This document shows positions 58,925 through 64,000 of a stretch of DNA of 64,000 nt, in pieces. The DNA comes from Oikopleura dioica (lineage: Eukaryota; Animalia; Chordata). How positions within the stretch are numbered: position 1 is the first letter of the stretch; each line of letters begins with the position of its first letter. The DNA is taken from assembly GCA_907165135.1 (NCBI GenBank), contig OU015569.1, forward strand, positions 8,928,001-8,992,000, read 5' to 3'. The notes beneath the pieces are model-generated. The model saw nothing but the letters and a program-made list of their open reading frames with translations, did not search any database and was not told the origin of the DNA. The translations under genes were made by a program, and so were the position numbers.

Positions 58925-61437
58925 ATGGTTCCCGCGGAGAAAGAGCTCTTGCTGAAGCTTCTCTCTGGATGGTACTTTACTGCGGGCATCGAATACGGAC
59001 TCTACTTCAGTTCCATTTATTCGCGCCTAGTCGATGATCTAGGTCAGGGTTGCCCAACCGGATCGGAATCCGATCGGAAATTCGATCCGATCGGAATCGG
59101 ATCGGTAATTGGTCGGACGAGGCAATGAAAATTTGGTCATGTCCGATCGGTAAAATCGGTTTCGATCGGTAAAATCGGATCCGATAATCCGATCGGAAAA
59201 TGGGTAAAAAAGTCGGATTCATTCATTCAAAAGCCACTAAAATCCGTGACTTAGGCTTAAAATACACTTATAAAAAGTAATATTTGTGTAAATTCACCAA
59301 TTTTTAGGCATGTTTTTCTTAAAAAAGAGCTTAATTACGTCCTTTAAAACCTTCGTCACGGTGATTTAGTGTTAGATTGAGAATGTCAACCATTGAAATG
59401 GTTGTTTTTGCGAACGCCATTTCAAATGGCCCATTTGTTACTTCGTTTCTAGGAAATTCTAGCGCCGAGGCGGCTTTTATGAAAGCTCTTTCAGGACCCT
59501 TATATGTTTTGTACAAATGTTGCGGATCCAAGCCCCCGAAAACCCAAAATTATCCATAAATTTTCACGGAAATAAGAGGTAAAATGGTTAGAAGGGCGTT
59601 TGTAGCGAAAGAACTTGATATTTCCGAGTTTTTTTCTTCATATTCAGTAGTCTAAATTGAAATTTTAACTTGAAAATTTTCGAATATTTTTCCGATCGGA
59701 AAATTGTCCGATCGGACATGAACTTTAATCGGAATCCGAAAAATCCGATCGGAATCGGTAATCGGATCGGTAATCGGTCGGATTGGACGAGGTCCGAATC
59801 GGATCGGATCGGAATCGGATCGCCAAGACCAAGATTTTTTGTCCGATTGGGCAACCCTGATCTAGGTAATTCTACGAAATGACTAGCCACTATAATTTAT
59901 AGTCTATAAATTAATTCGTCGTATTTCATTTCTCCAGAGCTTAATTTTCCCTTCTCAGGTGCTCAACAAAGCCTTTTTGCCTATGTTATTGCTGTATTTC
60001 CACTGGCCGGTGCCCTCCTTGCCACTTTTATTGGCAAACATACGGACAAACGCGGCTCCATCGACCTGACAATCATTTTTGGCCTGTTTTCCTCAATCCT
60101 CGGCAATCTGATTTACTGCTTCGCCTCGTCCGGACTTTTTGTCATCCTTGCGAGATTCGTGGGTGGCATCGGAAATGCCATCGACGGAGCAATAATGGGC
60201 TTTGCTGGCCGTATTGTCCATCCAGAGTAATTTTTCACCATCTCTTTCTTCAATTAAAATTGTTTTTAGTGACCGTGGCGCTACATTCGCTCGTCTCCTA
60301 GTCGCCAAGCAAGTGGGTACTATATCCTGCCCAGCGTGGGTTGCGATAAGTAAGAAGCTCATCAAGCCAATACTGTTCAAAAACGTCTCAATTAATGTTA
60401 TTTTCGCCTGCATTATAACGCTAATGTGGCTCCTCGTTCTACTTGGGTACGAATTTAGCATCTGACAAAACAACGAGCAATTTAGGGCTTTCTACGTTTT
60501 CTTCGTACGCAAGCTTGCATCAAAGCCTTCTGAAGCCGTATCAGCAGCACTAGAAACTACCGCTTCAGTGGAGCCTGATCCAAGCTCAAATCTTGTCGAC
60601 GAAACCACGACGCCTGCAATCGAAGACGCTGCTTCAAAAATTCTTCCGAATTATATTAACGAGCCCTTTGTTGTGGCGAATATGGCCGTTTTCAGTTCAA
60701 TTTTTCTTCAAGGTAGGTTTTCTCTCTTGCGCTATCGGGACGCGACATACTTTTAGCTTCTAATGAAACCCTCGTAACACCGTTCAATAAGTCTTATTTC
60801 GGCTGGGGAACCAGCCAAAACGCCTTAGAATTTATGATGATCGGCTTCTGCGCGCTCATCGGATACATGTTTGCTAAATATCTTATGGCCACTCTAGAAT
60901 CAAGGCCAAGAGTGGATCCAAAGAAAGTTTTTGGTGCTGGGGTTGGCGGATGTGTATTGTAAGTCCAAAGAAGCCGTCACCTTTCTTTAATCGTTCTTTT
61001 TAGCGTCTGCTTTTTCACTGCCGTTGTGTTAGCTCTCGCAAGCTTCCGTGCGACCTGGGTTTACACTTGCATCGCACTCTCCATTCTTATTTTCTGCATA
61101 ACTTTTGTGAGTCTTCATTTTCCATTCCTCCACGAAATTTACGCGATTTCTAGCCTTTATCATTGGTTTCATCGGCTTCTATAATTGCCAAAAATACGCC
61201 TGAGGAATATCAAAGCTTTACGCAGTCGATTCGCGTCGCTTCAGAGAAAATCGCCCAAGTTCTTGCGCCATTATGGGTCGGTGGACTCCTTCCAGGTAGC
61301 CTTCAGCATTCAAGCTTTGCACTACACCTTCTTCAGCCGAAACGAATGGATTGAAAGGAGTCTTGATAATGGCGCCGTCGATTTTCTTCTTCATTTTCAC
61401 TTCTAGCGCGCTTTGTTCCGTCTGGCAGTATCTGTAA
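58925..61437 (+). CDS. Major facilitator superfamily transporter, MFSD8-like
   Basis: Motif A region GKHTDKRG; ILARFVGGIG; SNETLVTP...FGW; multiple TM segments; frame closes across GT-AG introns. Confidence 0.85.
59045..59859. mobile_element. 815-bp hAT-like non-autonomous element at the MFS intron-1 donor
   Basis: TIR CAGGGTTGCCCAA...TTGGGCAACCCTG; 8-bp TSD ATCTAGGT at 59037-59044 and 59860-59867; dense GATCGG/CCGATC subterminal repeats. Confidence 0.95.
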
Positions 61438-61607
61438 TTTTCAACCGCCAGTGACTAAAAAATTATCTCTCCTCGATAAGCTCAACAAAAGATTTACCTG
61501 CTTCATCAAATTTAACCAAAATACCTGAAAATACACCCATATTTACCATGTTCTCTTTGTAATCTAGCTTCTTAAAAACATGTTGTTCAGTTGATCGATC
61601 CTCGAAA

Positions 61608-63991
61608 ATGGGGGAATTCGAGATCGAAGTGTTTATAGAGGCCGAGGAAGCCGGCTTCAGTCTCGTTAAAGAATTCGACATCGGTGATGAGATCAATTGC
61701 GATAACCGAATGCACATGCTTGACTCTTGCTCGCGCTTCGGTAATGTCTTCGTCGGCAGAAAGTTTGGCTTCGATCTATTCAAGGTCACTGAGCTCGAGG
61801 CGAAGAAAGAGTCGCCAAAAGCGATCGTGAAAGTTAACACGAAAGGGCAGCTTCAGTGGCTCGCTGTTTCTAGCTGTGGGTTGACACTGCTCGTGTCGAC
61901 GATCACTGACGGCAAAACGGAGAACATCTTCTACGACGTGCGATCATTGATGAAGGGATCCAATGGGTATTTTGCGAAGCAATCTCCTGCCACTTCCCCG
62001 TCCAATGGCGCACTCTTGTCAGCGGCGTGGAATCCCTCGATCTCCGAGTTAATCACCATGGTCTACTCTTCCGGTGCTGTCGAAGTCCTCAAAGTGGAAG
62101 ATACAGTCTCCGTTCATTCGTCTAGACCACCGATGAATGCTAAATGCGTAGCTTGGTCTCCAAAAGGCAAACAAATGGTGCTCGGCTTTGGTGACGGAAC
62201 CTTGGCGCAATTCACTCCTACTATGGAAATCAAGAAGAAAGTCAATGCCTGCCCTTTGATAAATGGCAACGCAAAAGTGACTGATATTGTGTGGATTTCG
62301 ACTTACAAATTCGGAGTCGCTTATGCTGATGACGCCAGCGACGCGGGTGCTAATTTGTTTACTGTTCACTTGCCAGAGAAAGGAGAAAAACGCGATCCGC
62401 TGTGGCGATGCTTCGAAGATCCCACATTTGCCGCGGCGGCTAAACGAGATTCGCAGATGTATCTGCCTCTTATTGTTCCTTGGGGTATGTTTGCGGTCAC
62501 AAACTCTAACTCTGGAGATTGCGCTCTGATGGGAACGAAGAATAGTGAGGTGCAGGTTTGGTCGCTTGCCGACGAAGCTAGAGCGGAGCTTCCTCTCAAC
62601 GAAGACTCAGACGAGACAAGTTGCGTGATTGGTGCATGTTGGAACATGAACTTCAAGGATCCTCTGCAGATTCTTTCGAAGCAACAAAATGCTCCTTGTC
62701 TCTGGGTTCTCTCAAATAGTGGAGTATTGGTAGCTTTCCGTCTTTATAACTTCCTGCCTAATTTTCCTGATCAAAAACAGCTTACTGACTCGATCCCTGG
62801 CGGTGACAGAAAAACACTTGCAGTCGAGGAGGCAGTACCGCCAGCAAGAGTATCTCTTCCTCTTCAGAGAACATCATCAGTTGCTCAGCCGAATCTCGCA
62901 AATAAATCCGCCTTTGGAAATAATACCACACTCTTCGCGCCACCTTTATCATCGACTCCAGCGATGGCTAAAATTGAGCAGAAAACAAAGCCAAGTCCGC
63001 GAAGTTTTTCAATCGTTAAGGAGCAGCCTTCGAGTGCAACTATTTCTGAGACAACTTCATCTTTTGGTATCCCTAAACCCGCTTCAACAAGGCAAGCGGA
63101 ACCAACAACAGCATCTGTGGTTACCAAACCATCTGTGATGCCCACTCCAAAGGAGCCTTCGAGTGTGTTTACTCAAGAAGATCTAGCTTCTCTTGTGAAT
63201 GATTTTGAAAGGGAAATGGATCTTTACAAGCTCGAAAACGCCAAAACAGATCTTTCTTTTTTCAACGAGGACGCGAAGAAAGAGCTCAAAACGAAAACAG
63301 ACCAACTGAAAAAGTTTGCCTCCGTCGCCAAAAGTAATTCTGAAGAAACTATCGACGAAGTTCAACATGTCAAACTTCGGTCATTAGAGGGATTTGCTTC
63401 TTATGAGGCCGCGCACGAAGCGAGTAAAAGAGGACATTCAAAGAAGAGAACAAGTATTGCAAATCTGGTAGAAGTGAACCTATTTACAAGAATTAACAAG
63501 AATTTAGTGTCACTATGCCCGCTTCTTGCGAAGAAAGTGGAGTCTATTCGCACAATGAAGCGGTACCTCAACAGCTCCGTCTATGAAGTCACTCAGATGC
63601 TGGACGAAAAAGTGACAGAGAACAAAGAAAATACGTCGTCTATGTCAGACTTTTATAAATGTATTGAAACGAACGAAAGATTGGTTCATTATCACTCGCG
63701 GAAGATGCAACAACTTAGTGCCCAATTGAATAAAGTTCGACTTTCTCGCCGATCTGCAGTAACTCCTCGAGGTTCGCCGATGAAGCAATCTTTCGTCGAG
63801 CAACTTTCGAACGAGAGCTGTAGCCAAGAGAAACTTGCTTCTTCACCGCGCAGTCAAATGCGCCCAGAACATGTCCAAAAGCTCAAGTCTCAACTCTCTG
63901 GGAGAAAGTCAATTCCTGTCCGTTCCAAATCTAAAGTAGATACTTCTACCATAATTGTGAACAGAAAACCACGAGCAGTAATCGAAAAGAG
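61608..63991 (+). CDS. NUP214: Nucleoporin 214 (5' part; continues beyond the window)
   Basis: Beta-propeller with VAWSPKGKQMVLGFGDGTLAQFTPTMEIKKKV, then Ser/Pro linker and coiled coil; GT donor follows near the window end. Confidence 0.88.
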
Positions 63992-64000
63992 GTAAATTCC

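Noticed and set aside
59050-59830. GATCGG/CCGATC repeats as a CRISPR-like or satellite array
   Set aside because: Irregular spacing, no unique spacers, and enclosed by TIRs and a TSD; they are hAT subterminal repeats.

Overview
Compact, gene-dense eukaryotic (animal) DNA, not prokaryotic. Most introns are about 40-60 nt, some have GA or GC donors, intergenic gaps go down to 43 bp, and unpaired AG acceptors sit just before start codons. This pattern fits a larvacean tunicate such as Oikopleura (inference). Recognisable genes are NCAPD3, MRPL1, AK2, MRPL53, ACAP, NSUN5, ZNF598, a SKA3-like gene, ANKDD1, IFT46, an MFSD8-like MFS transporter and NUP214 (5' part). There are also secreted TSP1, EGF/mucin/ITIH-C and ShKT proteins, a PDZ-PDZ-RING protein and several orphans. 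Six unrelated non-autonomous TIR elements with target-site duplications (TSDs) are present. The main finding is that four of them sit in coding exons or on a splice donor and each appears removable as an in-frame intron. Two are in NSUN5 (GT-AG and GA-AG), one is a seamless GC-AG intron with a TTAA TSD, and one duplicates an AG|GT donor and creates a potential recursive splice point. All gene models were read by eye with no database search or RNA evidence. The 20-22 kb and 36-44.6 kb regions are largely unresolved.
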